Of a stretch of 64,000 bases of DNA, positions 13,391 to 24,544 are shown piece by piece. Each line of letters opens with the position of its first letter. Positions within the stretch are counted from its first letter, which is position 1. The stretch is taken from NCBI RefSeq assembly GCF_009914755.1, contig NC_060936.1; one strand, 5' to 3'. The notes under the pieces were generated by a model. It ran no database searches and was not told the DNA's origin. It saw nothing but the letters and a program-made list of their open reading frames with translations. A program made the translations under genes and the position numbers. Source of the DNA: the human T2T-CHM13v2.0 reference genome, Homo sapiens.

Positions 13391-14473
13391 TTTCTGCTTG
13401 TTGCCTTGGTAATGGGGGGTCCCCTTCGTGTTAATGATGACATGATGAGAAACGCTGCATGTAAGCAAATGATGGCAAACAGACAGAGAAGCAAATGATC
13501 TGGCTAACTCTACTTCGGTGGAAAGACACCAGCCCCCTGGGAAGGATTTATGGAAGGCTTTGAGCATGGGCAGAAGGTGAGAGTGTCAGGAGAGTCTGGG
13601 ATAAGGACCGAGAAATCGTACTGAGCGACGTGCTTAGGACTAGATTGCTTTGTGTGGATGTCTCAGTATAAATAAACCAGGTCTTCCTGTGGGCCACGGC
13701 TGCTTTTCTTCCCCCTGACTCTACTGCTCTGGGCAGGAAAACCCACGATTGGGAAGAGGCTGTGCTCAGCCTTCCAGGACGGTGGCTTTTGGGTGCTAGA
13801 CATGGTGGCAGCCAGCTGCATTGTCCTTGGTGCTCCCAGGTATGTGGAGGGGATCACAGTGAACAGACAGGGAGTCAGTGAATGGCGAGGTGGGACAAGT
13901 GGGTGGTTGGCTTGAGATACAATCTGCAATGCAGAAGGCTCGTGGTGGGTGGACAGCCATTGGTCATGGGATTCTTAGGGCTTGCAGTCTGAAGCCTGGG
14001 GACTCTTGAGACCTGGATTCTGCTCTGGAAACCTCTGGTGACTTCACTGCAGTGTCCACTTCCTTTCTCTGGCTCTCGCTTTTGCCATGTGTGAAATAGG
14101 GGGCCGTGTTTTTAAACGCCCTTTTTCCTGTGCTAGGGAGACAGTTCTGATCCTGGGACATGGATCATGGGGTGCTCTGCTGCCACGCTGCCGGGGTGTT
14201 GGTGGGGTGTGACAGGGGCTTGATTTTGTATGCGCTGTTTGGGGAATTACTCTTGCGAATCCTGTAAGCAAAAGCAAGGTTGGGCAGACGCCATGGTCAG
14301 CCAGGTCTGCATGGTCTGCCAGGCTGGTTATAGCTCTGGCATTCAGTCAGGTGCATCTATCGTTTTATTTTAATTGGAACATAACCACTGTAATCACACA
14401 AGCTTGGGAAATTGGAACCTGGAGGAAGCATTCTTTTGTTGAAAGACAATAGTGAATGGGCCAAGGGAATTCC

Positions 14474-14478
<5 letters not shown>

Positions 14479-14531
<53 letters not shown>

Positions 14532-14624
14532 GTATATATATATATGTATGTGTATATATATGTATGTGTATATATATGTATGTGTATATATATGTATGTG
14601 TATATATATGTATGTGTATATATA

Positions 14625-14697
<73 letters not shown>
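14479..14697. repeat. Compound microsatellite (TA)21 - (TA/TG mixed, ~16-18-bp higher-order unit) - (GA)~20
   Basis: Directly visible. It generates the YIYI/ERER low-complexity ORFs. Confidence 0.98.
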
Positions 14698-14703
<6 letters not shown>

Positions 14704-15617
14704 TGTTAGAATGTGGCCTGCAATGCCCATGGCTTGCTGCCTAGCCAAGGGATGGGGCCTGTTGTTTATGAGCATTACTTTTGCTGGTTGGGAGCATTTT
14801 TAGAATTTCATTTTTGATATATCAACTTGCTTACTTAACAAGCAGTGCATTAAAAAGCATGAAAACTGACAAGCACTGGCTCATCCGTCCCTTTGATGGG
14901 CCGGCCTTGGTGGAATCGGCATCTGGTATCTGTTGGTGTGATGCTTGGTGCACACATGTCGACACTGTTTGTACTCAGATTAATCTGCTATGTGAGAATG
15001 TTTTCCCTTCCCAAGAGAGTTCTAGGCTCCACAGACACACTTCGTAGTTCACTCATTTGGTCTATGAGCAGTGGACAAAAGCACCTCAGAGTGGAATGCC
15101 AATTTGGCCAAGAAAAGTGGGAACGAGAAGGAGGCCTTTCCTTAAGCAGCACCTGCATCTTACTTTAAGCAAGTGTCGGAGCAGACACTTTATGTCTTCT
15201 AAGAATGCCGCGTGCCCCACGCTGTGCATGGTGAGTCCTGCCAGTAACTTCTGAGTCAGCCCCACAGCCAGGGTCCTTGCGGTGTGCTTATTTTTAAATG
15301 TTTTTAATAACTGCAGGTTTACAGGATTTAGACCTGGCCACAGAGATCACCATATCCTTCATTAGTTTTAAAGGACTGGAATGAGTGAAGCTTCCCTAGA
15401 TGCTTGTAAAGGTATTGGCTGTGGAACGTCACGGTCATCGGGGCAATGCTGGAAGCCTTTAAGAAGGAGGTGTCCCCCGACTTGAACTCCAAATGGCTTT
15501 ATTTCTGGAAGGACCCTCGGGTCATTCCTCTTTCAAACACTCTCCGGCTCAACTGGGATTTCTGTGCCACGAGTCTCAGCTGACTGCCCTCCCTAGAACG
15601 CTACCCTCAGTCTAGAC

Positions 15618-15939
15618 AATGATATTTTGTATTTTCTTTTTTTTTTTTTGTCTTTTTTTTTATTATACTTTAAGTTTTAGGGTACATGTGCACATTGTGC
15701 AGGTTAGTTACATATGTATACATGTGCCATGCTGGTGAGCTGCACCCACTAACTCGTCATCTAGCATTAGGTATATCTCCCGATGCTATCCCTCCCCCCT
15801 CCCCCCACCCATTATTCACAATAGCAAAGACTTGGAACCAACCCAAATGTCCAACAATGATAGACTGGATTAAGAAAATGTGGCACATATACACCATGGA
15901 ATACTATGCAGCCATAAAAAATGATATTTTGTATTTTCT
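15618..15939 (-). mobile_element. Young L1 (L1PA2-type), 5'-truncated and 5'-inverted, with 20-bp TSD
   Basis: Poly-T plus antisense 3' UTR (15638-15810), then a sense L1 segment (15811-15925). The perfect TSD AATGATATTTTGTATTTTCT occurs at 15618-15637 and 15920-15939. GAG (not ACA) and AAACTTAAAGTATAA diagnostics exclude L1HS-Ta. Confidence 0.93.
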
Positions 15940-16078
15940 ATCTTCTGCCTACGCCGAAGCCTTTTTCTTAAAGTTCGCAATGTAATGCCATGTAATTATC
16001 TCTTTTCCTTTCGTATGTGTTATTTCGCCTTGGAAGGGGGCTCTGCAAATTGAGTATTACATATGAGATATTTGTGGG

Positions 16079-16555
16079 TGTATTAGTTTCCTATTGCTGA
16101 CATAACAGATTATCAAAAACTTTGTGGTTTCAAAGGATATATGTTTATTCTTTCTTAGTTCTGAAAGTCAGAAGTCTAAAATAAATTTCGCGGGGTGTTA
16201 AGTCAAGGCATTGCAGAGTTGCCTCCCTCCTGACAGCTCTCTGGGAGGGTCTGTGTTTTCACCTTTTCCCGCTTGCAGGGGCTGCCCACATTCCTTGGCG
16301 GGTGGCCCTGTATCCCTCTGACCTCTGCAGCCACGGTCACGTCTCATTCTCCGACCCTGACGCTCCTGTCCCCCTCTAGTAAGGACCAGTGTGGTCACAT
16401 CAGGCTTACCTGCTAATCCAGATAATCTCCCCACCCCAGGAACCTTAATCTAACCACACCTGCAAAGTCCCTTTGACCATGTAGGGCACCGTGTTCACAG
16501 GTTCTGGGGATTAGGACGTGGCTGTCTTATGGGGCCACCATTCTGCCTATTCACA
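16079..16555 (-). mobile_element. MLT1D-like solo LTR
   Basis: TGTATTAGTTTCCTATTGCTG..TAATCCAGATAATCTCCCCA..CACACCTGCAAAGTCCCTTTG..CACAGGTTCTGGGGATTAGGAC. Confidence 0.88.
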
Positions 16556-16558
16556 GTC

Positions 16559-16993
16559 TGTAATGTGTGTGTCCTTGGCCTGTCCGGGGTCAGCTGGCTT
16601 CCATCTGGGTTTGGCCCTTGGGAGGCCATGGTGGGAGATTAGAGGGTGGGAGGGTGGGGGAAGCCGGGGCCTCCCTCCCCATCCCAGCCTCAGTGGCCGC
16701 CCTGGCAGTGGCTCCCCACAACACCTGATTCCAGCCCCTACAGGAGGCGCCGGCTGTGGTCAGACGTCGCGTTCCATCGAGGGGTCTCCAGGCTCTGGCC
16801 ACTGCCAGTTCTCCCTTGCCCTTTCAGCCTAGAGGTGGTCGCGACTTCTTGCTGTTCTAATCTCTGTGTTTTTTCACCATCCTGTCTGCCTTCTCAGATT
16901 TTCCTTTGCTTGGGTAACCAATTCCCTGCACCGAATTCCTTTTATTGTAAACCCCTGAAGTGGTGTGTTTCTTGCGCACACTGGTCTGATGCA
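16559..16993 (+). mobile_element. LTR33-like ERVL solo LTR
   Basis: GGGTTTGGCC..TGGGAGGC..GGGAGATTAGAGGGTGGGAGG, CCCTTGCCCTTTCAGCCTAGAGGTGGT, and a terminal CTGATGCA. Confidence 0.65.
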
Positions 16994-17639
16994 GCGGGGT
17001 CAGGAGCGAAGAGCCCCTCCTCATGCTGAAACTTCTTTTCCGTGTAAAACTCAGAGTGCATGAGGAGAGAAGTCTGGGCCTCCTGAACCAGCCCTGTACT
17101 CTCTCTTACTAAGCGTTTGGGGAAACCCTCGGGAAAATCCCCTTTGTGGGGGCTCAGGTGTCCTCTCATCCTCCGCACCTCTGCTTTGTACAGATTGTCT
17201 CTTCTTAAGGGGAGCAGGGGGAGGAGAAGATTGTGACCACTGTCTCTTGTTCCCTGACATATCTTGCTCAAGGTGTTCCTTCCAAAATGAAACTGAGGAC
17301 TGAAATGTGTGACCGTGAAACCCCCATCTCACATCCCTGGCTGGAAAACCCCACTTGCTCTTCTGAATTATGTCTGTATGAATAAACAAGGCAGACCTTT
17401 GATCCCTTGATGTCCAAAGAAGGCAGATGAGAGCTGTGGTCAGTTGCCAGGAAGGGCCTAGAATTTCTGTCACGGGGACCATAATTAAAGAGAGACTGGG
17501 GTGCGGAAGGGGTGGAGCCCTCAGACCTACCCACCCGGGGCTGGGACGGCCCCCAAGTTTTCTGCAGGGGGAGGGGTTAGACACATCCTCCCTGGTCGCC
17601 AAGCAAGGACATACCAGCCCCAGCATCCAGGACTGCTTG

Positions 17640-18050
17640 GAAACATTTATTCCTTCAGCGCGTATTACAGAGCCCTCCCAAGAGCCAGGCACTAGTATAG
17701 GTGCTGAATTTACCGCACTGAACAAAATGGTCAATGTCCTCCATGAAGTTTATATTCTAGTGGGAGGAAACAGACAATGATAAAGATTTACTAACAGATG
17801 GAAGAAAGTGTCAGGGAGAAAAATAAAGCAGGAGATAAGAATGGAGAATGCCGGTGTAGGGAAATCCCTGATTTGGGGGCAGGAAGTCAGGGATGAGCTC
17901 ACTGTGAAGAGGTGCTGGACTGGAGGCCTGAGAGATGGGAGGGAAGGGACAAGTGGACTCCCCGGGGCAGGAGGAGCTAAATGGAGGGGACCTCTCCTAA
18001 CCAGGGCAGCAGGGAGGCCTGTGGAGCTAGAGCAGATGGAGCAGAGGTAG
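17640..18050 (-). mobile_element. L2 3' fragment
   Basis: GCCAGGCACT..AGGTGCTG..TGAACAAAA..CCTCCATGAAGTTTATATTCTAGTGGGAGGAAACAGACAAT. Confidence 0.7.
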
Positions 18051-18478
18051 TGTCAGAGGGTCTCGGTGCTGATGTCTGCCTCTCCATCCTGCCCCTCGGT
18101 GCCCCACAGGGAGGTCCTCTGCTTCCCTAACAACAGTCTCCTATGAGCTTTGAAGACATCCTTTCCTCCCTTCTGTTCCGAGGCAAAGCATCTGGTGGGC
18201 GTTGCGGTCTTTGCCTCTTTCCATCTGGTCCCTGTGCGTGGTCATGTTCCAGTGGAAAGTAGAAAGGGTTTGGGCTCCGGAGTCCAACTGTCTGAACTGC
18301 ATTCTCAGCTAACTGTGTGAGCATGAGCACATTGTATGAAGCTCATTGTTAAAATTAGGATCCTAATGGCTGCACCACAGGTGTCTTGGGATGGCCAAGG
18401 GAGTGAGTGTGGAAGCTACAAGCCCAGCACACCAGGTGCTCAGTCCATCTCAGCCTCACTGTTTGCCATGCTCTCTTC

Positions 18479-18906
18479 CTGTTATGGAATCGTACCTCTT
18501 CCCCTGTACCACACACACAGGCTTATTTGGAAACAGGCTCATGGGAGTTGTAATTATTTAAGAAGAGGTTACACTGGAGTTGGGTGGGACCTAATCCAAG
18601 ATGACTGGTGTCTTAAAAAAGGGAGAAATTTGGACACAGACATGCACACAGGCAGAACGTCGCATGAAGAAGGCAGAGGGCGTGATGCATCTACAAACCA
18701 AGGAACTTCGAAGATTGCCAGCAACCACCAGAAGCAAAGGGAGACGCACAGGACAGGTTCTCCCTCACAGCTCTCAGAATGGGGAGACCTTGCTAACACC
18801 TTCATATTGGACTTCCAGGCTCCAGAACTTCAAGGGAATAAATTTCTGTGGTTAAAGCCACTCAATTGGTGGTACTTTGTTACGGCAGCCCCAAGAGGCC
18901 AATCCA
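18479..18906 (+). mobile_element. MLT1B-like solo LTR (preceded by a MIR fragment ~18270-18445)
   Basis: CTTATTTGGAAACAGG..CTAATCCAAGATGACTGGTGTC..GCATCTACAAACCAAGGAAC..AAGATTGCCAGCAACCACCAGAAGC..GGTACTTTGTTACGGCAGCCC. Confidence 0.88.
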
Positions 18907-19455
18907 CTTGCCTTCATCTTTTTTGGTCCACCTCCCTGGAACATAGAACTATGGCTGAACTATTTATAGTCAAGTGGCTGGCATGGTTCCAGCCCATCTT
19001 CTCCAAGTCTCAGAAGCATCTCCCCAGAATACGCAAGTCCCTTCTGCCACCTGCAAGTGTCCTCTCTGGATGCCAGGTGACTTTTGACCCTCAAGCCAGG
19101 TCATCTCTAGAGCACAGGTGTGTTCAGGTCTATAATTCTGATGGATGCAGTTTTCAAGGGCCATACCACACCCTTGTTTAGCTGATAGGATTTGGCTATG
19201 AGCTTCTACAAAAGAGAGAGACTCAGATAACACCTAAAATTCAAGACAGATGTCTTTGCACCCACCATCCACTCAGGAGGGGCTGCCTGGGAGGGAGCAT
19301 GGGATTGGGGCAGAGTGACCCCGCTCCTCCCAGGTTTGGATCCGCTTTCCCTGGCCTGCTCGTGGTGTGAACATTCCGATGCGCTGACTATGATTCTGAT
19401 GCTGGCGGATCTGAAATCTTAATGTAACATGACTTCAACACAAGGCAGCTACTTT

Positions 19456-20126
19456 AAACAAAAGGGATGGACTTTTGGGTTGTTTTCATCTGTGATTATT
19501 GTGCATAGTGCTGCTATAAACAACCCTGTATAAGTTTTTGTTTGAACACCTGTTTTCAGTGCTTTTGGGTAGGTGCCTAGCAGTGGAATTGCTGGTTCAT
19601 ATGGTAATTCTATGTGTAATTTATTGAGGAACTGCCAAACTGTTTTTCACAGTGGCTGCACCATTTTGCATTCCTACCAGCGATGTAAGAGGGTTTCCAT
19701 TTCTCCACATGCTCATATGGATAAAGAAAAACGTAGCGTCTCCATATATTGGGATGTTATTCAGCCAAGAAAAGGAATGAAGCAGCAACACAGGCTACAA
19801 CATGGAAGAACCTTGAAAACATGACGCTGAGTGAAAGAAGCCAGACATCAAGGGCCACATGGTGTGTGATTCCATATATATGAAATGTCCAGAATAAGCA
19901 AATCTATAGAGACGGACAGCAGAGTGCCAGGAGCAGGGCTAAGGGGGAGTGGCTGCTTAATGAATATGGGTTTTCCTCTTGGGGTGACGAAAACGTTCTG
20001 GAGGTGGGTGGTGATGACTGCACAGCATTGTGAATGCACTTAATGCCGTTGACTTGCTTGCTTTACAATGGTCAATTTTGTGTTCTATTTATTTTACCAC
20101 AACAAAAAATAAAACAACAAAAAGGG
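19456..20126 (+). mobile_element. L1MB-type 3' end with 5' inversion
   Basis: Antisense L1 segment at 19466-19714 joined to a sense 3' UTR at 19715-20110 ending in an A-rich tail. The degenerate TSD is AAACAAAAGGG / AACAAAAAGGG. Confidence 0.8.
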
Positions 20127-20629
20127 GGAGAAGATTTTTCTCTGCAAAAGTCTCTTGTAATGTGCTTTATGGCCACTTTAAGGGATATTCAAAGGCTGTT
20201 TCTAATGTAGTTTTTCACCTTCCATGTAGTCTTTCAAACTAAACTCCTACAAGAATCAACTGCATTCTTCTCCCTTTATTGAGACTTTCCAAGAATTAAA
20301 CATATTTTTAAGAATTCAAAGGTAATATCTAATACCATCAGGGCTGATATGTCCATCTGGGCAGTAACTCTGTAAGGAAGGAGGTTTTTGGAGATTGGCA
20401 ACGGCTCTGCATTTAATTCCAGAGAGGTGTAACTCTTAAGGACTAAGACTCTTAAAGACTAAGGAAGCAAAGCTAAAGCACCCACTTCTAAGAACCAAAG
20501 CAAAACTGGCAACAATAAGCTGGTGCCCACGATCTGCTATACATGCAGGTGCGTGGTATGGCCAGGTCAGCAAATAAGCTAATTGTTTTCTCTTCTTTAA
20601 AGGGACAAGTTGTTTTTCTTTTCTTTAAA

Positions 20630-21160
20630 AAAAGTTAAGAGCTATTTCAAGCATACTTAAAACTGTAGAGGATATTGTAGCAAACATCCACCTATCTACC
20701 ACACAGCTGTGTCACAGTTTAATATTTCCCAAAATACGCTGCAGAGCTGGAAAAAAGAAAGCAAGAAACAAAACTCTCTATTGCATTCTCCTTCCTCCTT
20801 CTTCCTTCCTTCCTTAAGGTTAACCATTATCCTGATTTAGGTGTTTATCAATCTTATGAATGTTTATATAATTTTACTACAGAGGTACCTTTCCACAGGC
20901 CGTGTTTTTTGGTGTATTTTCAAACTTTATATGAATGGCATTGTGCTAAAAGAATCATTCTGCAATTTGCCTATTTTGCTGAAGGTAGCATTTCCCAAGT
21001 TAATCCCTATTGATACATGTAGTTCTAGTTCTTTTATCCCTTTGCTGTGTAATATTCCATGATACAGACATTCCATAATTTATTTTCCCATTCTTCTGTT
21101 GAGTAACATTATTTAAAATTTTTGCTATTATAGATCTTAGTGCCTATTCTTACACACAAA
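20630..21160 (-). mobile_element. Ancient L1ME-type 3' fragment
   Basis: TAACCATTATCCTGATTT, AACTTTATATGAATGGCATT, TAATATTCCATGATACAGACATTCCATAATTTATTT. Confidence 0.6.
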
Positions 21161-21167
21161 ATCTTCA

Positions 21168-22302
21168 ATAATTGTTTTGGTTACCGTAGCCCTGTAGTAT
21201 ATCGTTTGAAGTCAGGTAAGGTGATGTCTACAGCTTTGTTCTTTTTGCTTTGGATTGTCTTGGCTGTTCAGGCTCTTTTTTTTTTTGGTTTTATATTAAT
21301 TTTAAAATGGTTTTTTCTAGTTCCGTGAAGAATGTGGTTTGATAGGAAGAGCATTGAATAGCATTGAATCTGCACATTGCTCTGGGCAAGGTGGCCATTT
21401 TAATGATGGTAATTATTCCTATCCATGAGTGTGGAATGTTTTTCCCTTTGTTTGTGTCAGCTCTGATTTCTTTGAGCAGTGTTTTGTAATTCTCATTGTA
21501 GACCTCTTTCACCTCCATAGTTAGCTGTATTCTTAGGTATTTCATTCTTTTTGTGGCAATTGTGAATAGGACTGTGTTCCTGATTTGGCTCTTGGCTTGG
21601 CTACTGTTGGTATGTAGGAATTCTTGTGATTTTTGCACATTGATTTTGTATCCTGAGTCTTTGCTAAAGTTGTTTATCAGCTGAAGGAGCTTTTGGGCTG
21701 AGATTATGATGTTTTCTAGGTATAGAATCATGTCATCTGCAAACAGGGATAGTTTGACTTCCTCTCTTCCTATTTGAATGCCCTTTATTTTTTGTCTTGC
21801 CTGATTGCTCTGGCCCAGACTTCCAATTCTGTGTTGAATAGGAGTGGTGAAAGAGTGCATCCTTGTCTTGTGCCAGTTTTCATGGGGAATGCTTCCAGCT
21901 TTTCCCCATTCAGTATGATGTTGGCTATGGGTTTGTCATAGATGGCTATTATTATTTTGAGGTATGTTCCTTCAGTACCTAGTTTTTTGACAGTTTTGAG
22001 CATGAATGGATGTTGAATTTTATTGAAAGCCTTTTCCGCATCTATTGAGATAATCACGTGGCTTTTGTCTTTAGTTCTATTTATGTGATGAATCACATTT
22101 ATTGATTTGTGTATGTTGAACCAACCTTGCATCCTGGGGTTGCAGTCTACTTGATCATGGTGGATTAGCTTTTTGATGTGCTGCTGGATTCAGTTTGCAA
22201 GTATTTTGTTGAGGATTTTTGCAAAAATCCTTTCATCAAGGATATTGGCCTGAAGTTTTCTTTTTTTGTTGTGTCTCCTCCAGGTTTTAGTATCAGGATA
22301 TG
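21168..22302 (-). mobile_element. L1 (old L1PA/L1PB-type) internal ORF2 fragment (RT domain), frameshifted, lacking 3' UTR and poly-A
   Basis: ORFs 21291-21860 (..[18 protein letters not shown]..) and 21785-22132 ([30 protein letters not shown]) are L1 ORF2p RT segments in different frames. Confidence 0.93.
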
Positions 22303-22829
22303 AAAATGAAAAGATTTTTCTGGAAGCTAGTTGTTGTATTTCTTGTTCTGGATTGGCATTCTTCTGGCTTGATTTCATGGATATGCTCTTGGTGTTTTGT
22401 CAGAGAAACACTCACACCATTTAATGTCTCTGCTGTCAAGAGACAGAATTAAATTATTCCTCTTTTTAAAAGAATGATTTAAGTAGGACATAATGAATGC
22501 AAAATGCTGTTGTTAAATATTGGCAGATAAGCTGATGGATTGGTTATCACTTGGATCTTGCTATAAAGGGAAAGAAAGTGATGTTTAATCATTTTCAAAG
22601 ACTGAAACAGATGATGAATTTGATGCATTTTGATGCTGAGTGACTCATTAGGACCCGCGATTATTTTCCCGTTAATAAATGAACTAGTACCTTGCATCTC
22701 CCCCCTGATTAAACAGTTGCTAAGCAAAGAAGTCTTTGCTTCCAAGGAGACACCAGATTTCCTGAACTGTTTAAACATGTGAACTATTGCTACTCAGTGT
22801 TGGTTCAGTTGCAATCTCCAATATGTAGG

Positions 22830-23150
22830 CAACAAATCAGTGGCCCATAAACCTGTTTCATTTGTTTTGCTAAGTGTTTTTTTCTTTCAGTTTATTTATT
22901 TTTATTAAAAATATCAGGAGATCTGACTAAAAATACATATTTCAGGTGTCTCTGGAGAAAGCGGAAACTCAAGTCAACCTTGAATGGGCACAACTGCTAG
23001 AGCTGACTGTGGCTGCTCAGTGTAGAAGGGGCTATGCTCTCTCGTTTCCCACAATCCCCTCTGCTCCCTGCTGTTCCCCAAAAACTGAAGCTGGGTATTA
23101 GTTGGCGTTTATGAAATGCACAGTGGTGTTTTTCTTCTGGCAGAGAAGCA
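22830..23150. mobile_element. MER103-like hAT-Charlie fragment
   Basis: AAAAATACATATTTCAGGTGTCTCTGGAGAAAGCGGAAA..CAACTGCTAGAGCTGACTGTGGCTGC resembles recalled MER103C. Confidence 0.45.
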
Positions 23151-23159
23151 TTTCTTGAT

Positions 23160-23345
23160 ATCACCACTTATTAGCCATGTGACCTTGAACAAGTTATTTA
23201 AAATCCTTTGGCCTTAGTTTCTTCAACCTTAAGATAGGGAGAATTTTGTCTCTACATGATAGGGTTGTTGTGGGATTAAATGATTTCATCAATGTAAAGT
23301 GCTTGCAACATTGTCTGGCACAGAATAAATAACCTGTAATATTGA
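23160..23345 (+). mobile_element. MIR
   Basis: CCACTTATTAGCCATGTGACCTTGAACAAGTTATTTAA..ATAGGGTTGTTGTGGGATTAAATGA..ATGTAAAGTGCTT. Confidence 0.85.
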
Positions 23346-24544
23346 TTGAATTAATATTATTAGCATCCATGTCTAGATCAAAAGTTGGGGGGAGATAGAC
23401 AAAGAGTGATGTGTTTTCAGATAAGTGAAAAAGCACATTTCTTTGTAACAAAGAAGAGTATTTCTATATGATTAATATGCAAACAAAAGGTTTCCAAGTT
23501 GAAAGAAACAATGTAAAACACCCATTATAAATAAACCTTAGTACCTCCGTGATAAATACACAGAAAGGATGTATGATGAAACACTTAATGAACCAGTGAA
23601 AGGGCTTAGATTTCACCAGGGTTTCTTTCTAAATGCAAACATGGCGAGTTTTGCTTTGGATGCACTTTTGTGTTAAACCTGTGTTGGTCTCACTTTGAAG
23701 TTATCTGCTGGCCCCTCCAGGCCCTTAGGTCCCTCCCACCCTATTGGGGTCTGACAGAGTAGCCCAATGTGTTACAGAAAGAAGTGACTCAGATCCAGGG
23801 GAAAGAGGCTTTTTAAAAGGCTGGTGTAGCCTGGGATTTGAAGGCAGAGAGCTGGAATCAGTGGTGGCTCTTCCATCTCCGATCACTCGTGTGAATTTAG
23901 TCAGATAACAAACTCTTTCTGAATCTCTTCTGTAAAATGGGGATTTTGTTGCAGGCTTATGGTGGAGATTAAATGCAATAGAAAATGAAAAGCAACCCAG
24001 CCTTTGTAAATGTTCTTTTTGATGGTTTCTTCCCTCAGCAGATATGCTCCCTAAAGACTTAAATCCAAATGCAGTATTTTTGAAAGATTTTTTTCCTCTA
24101 AAATTTATATTCTTTTAAAACCCAAAATACACCATTAGGGGAATGAAAATGGATCCGTCAAGAGAATTGCAAGGTACATTCTGTTTTTCTCCCCTCTTTT
24201 GGATTCCACTTTTACCTGTTTCAAAGGCAACAACAAACACAGCAACAGCTTTGCCAGAGGCCTAGGCCATGATTTATTGAGGAGGAGAAAAGGCAGGAGG
24301 TTTAGAAGGTGTTCAGGAGAGAACATTGCTGTGAAATCTGCTGTCCGTGTGCTGTTACTGCCTTTGAGGAAATAGAGGCAGGAAATATATGAAATAGGGA
24401 ACCAACAGATAGTTTAAATTTTATGTCAGCTAGTGACCATAGGATCAGGAATTTGAATATTATCCACTCATTGGGGGATGTTTTGTGATCTCCTGGAATT
24501 TGCTAGAGGGAGGCAAATACTACAGTTATTTAAAATTACCATTT

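Noticed and set aside
14365-14803. YIYI/ERER-rich ORFs
   Set aside because: These are translations of the microsatellite.
17051-17734. 227-aa minus-strand ORF
   Set aside because: It starts in an L2 fragment in GC-rich DNA. There is no recognisable homology or exon structure.
18336-19181. 281-aa ORF
   Set aside because: It runs through a MIR and an MLT1B LTR and has no domain resemblance. It is a chance open frame.
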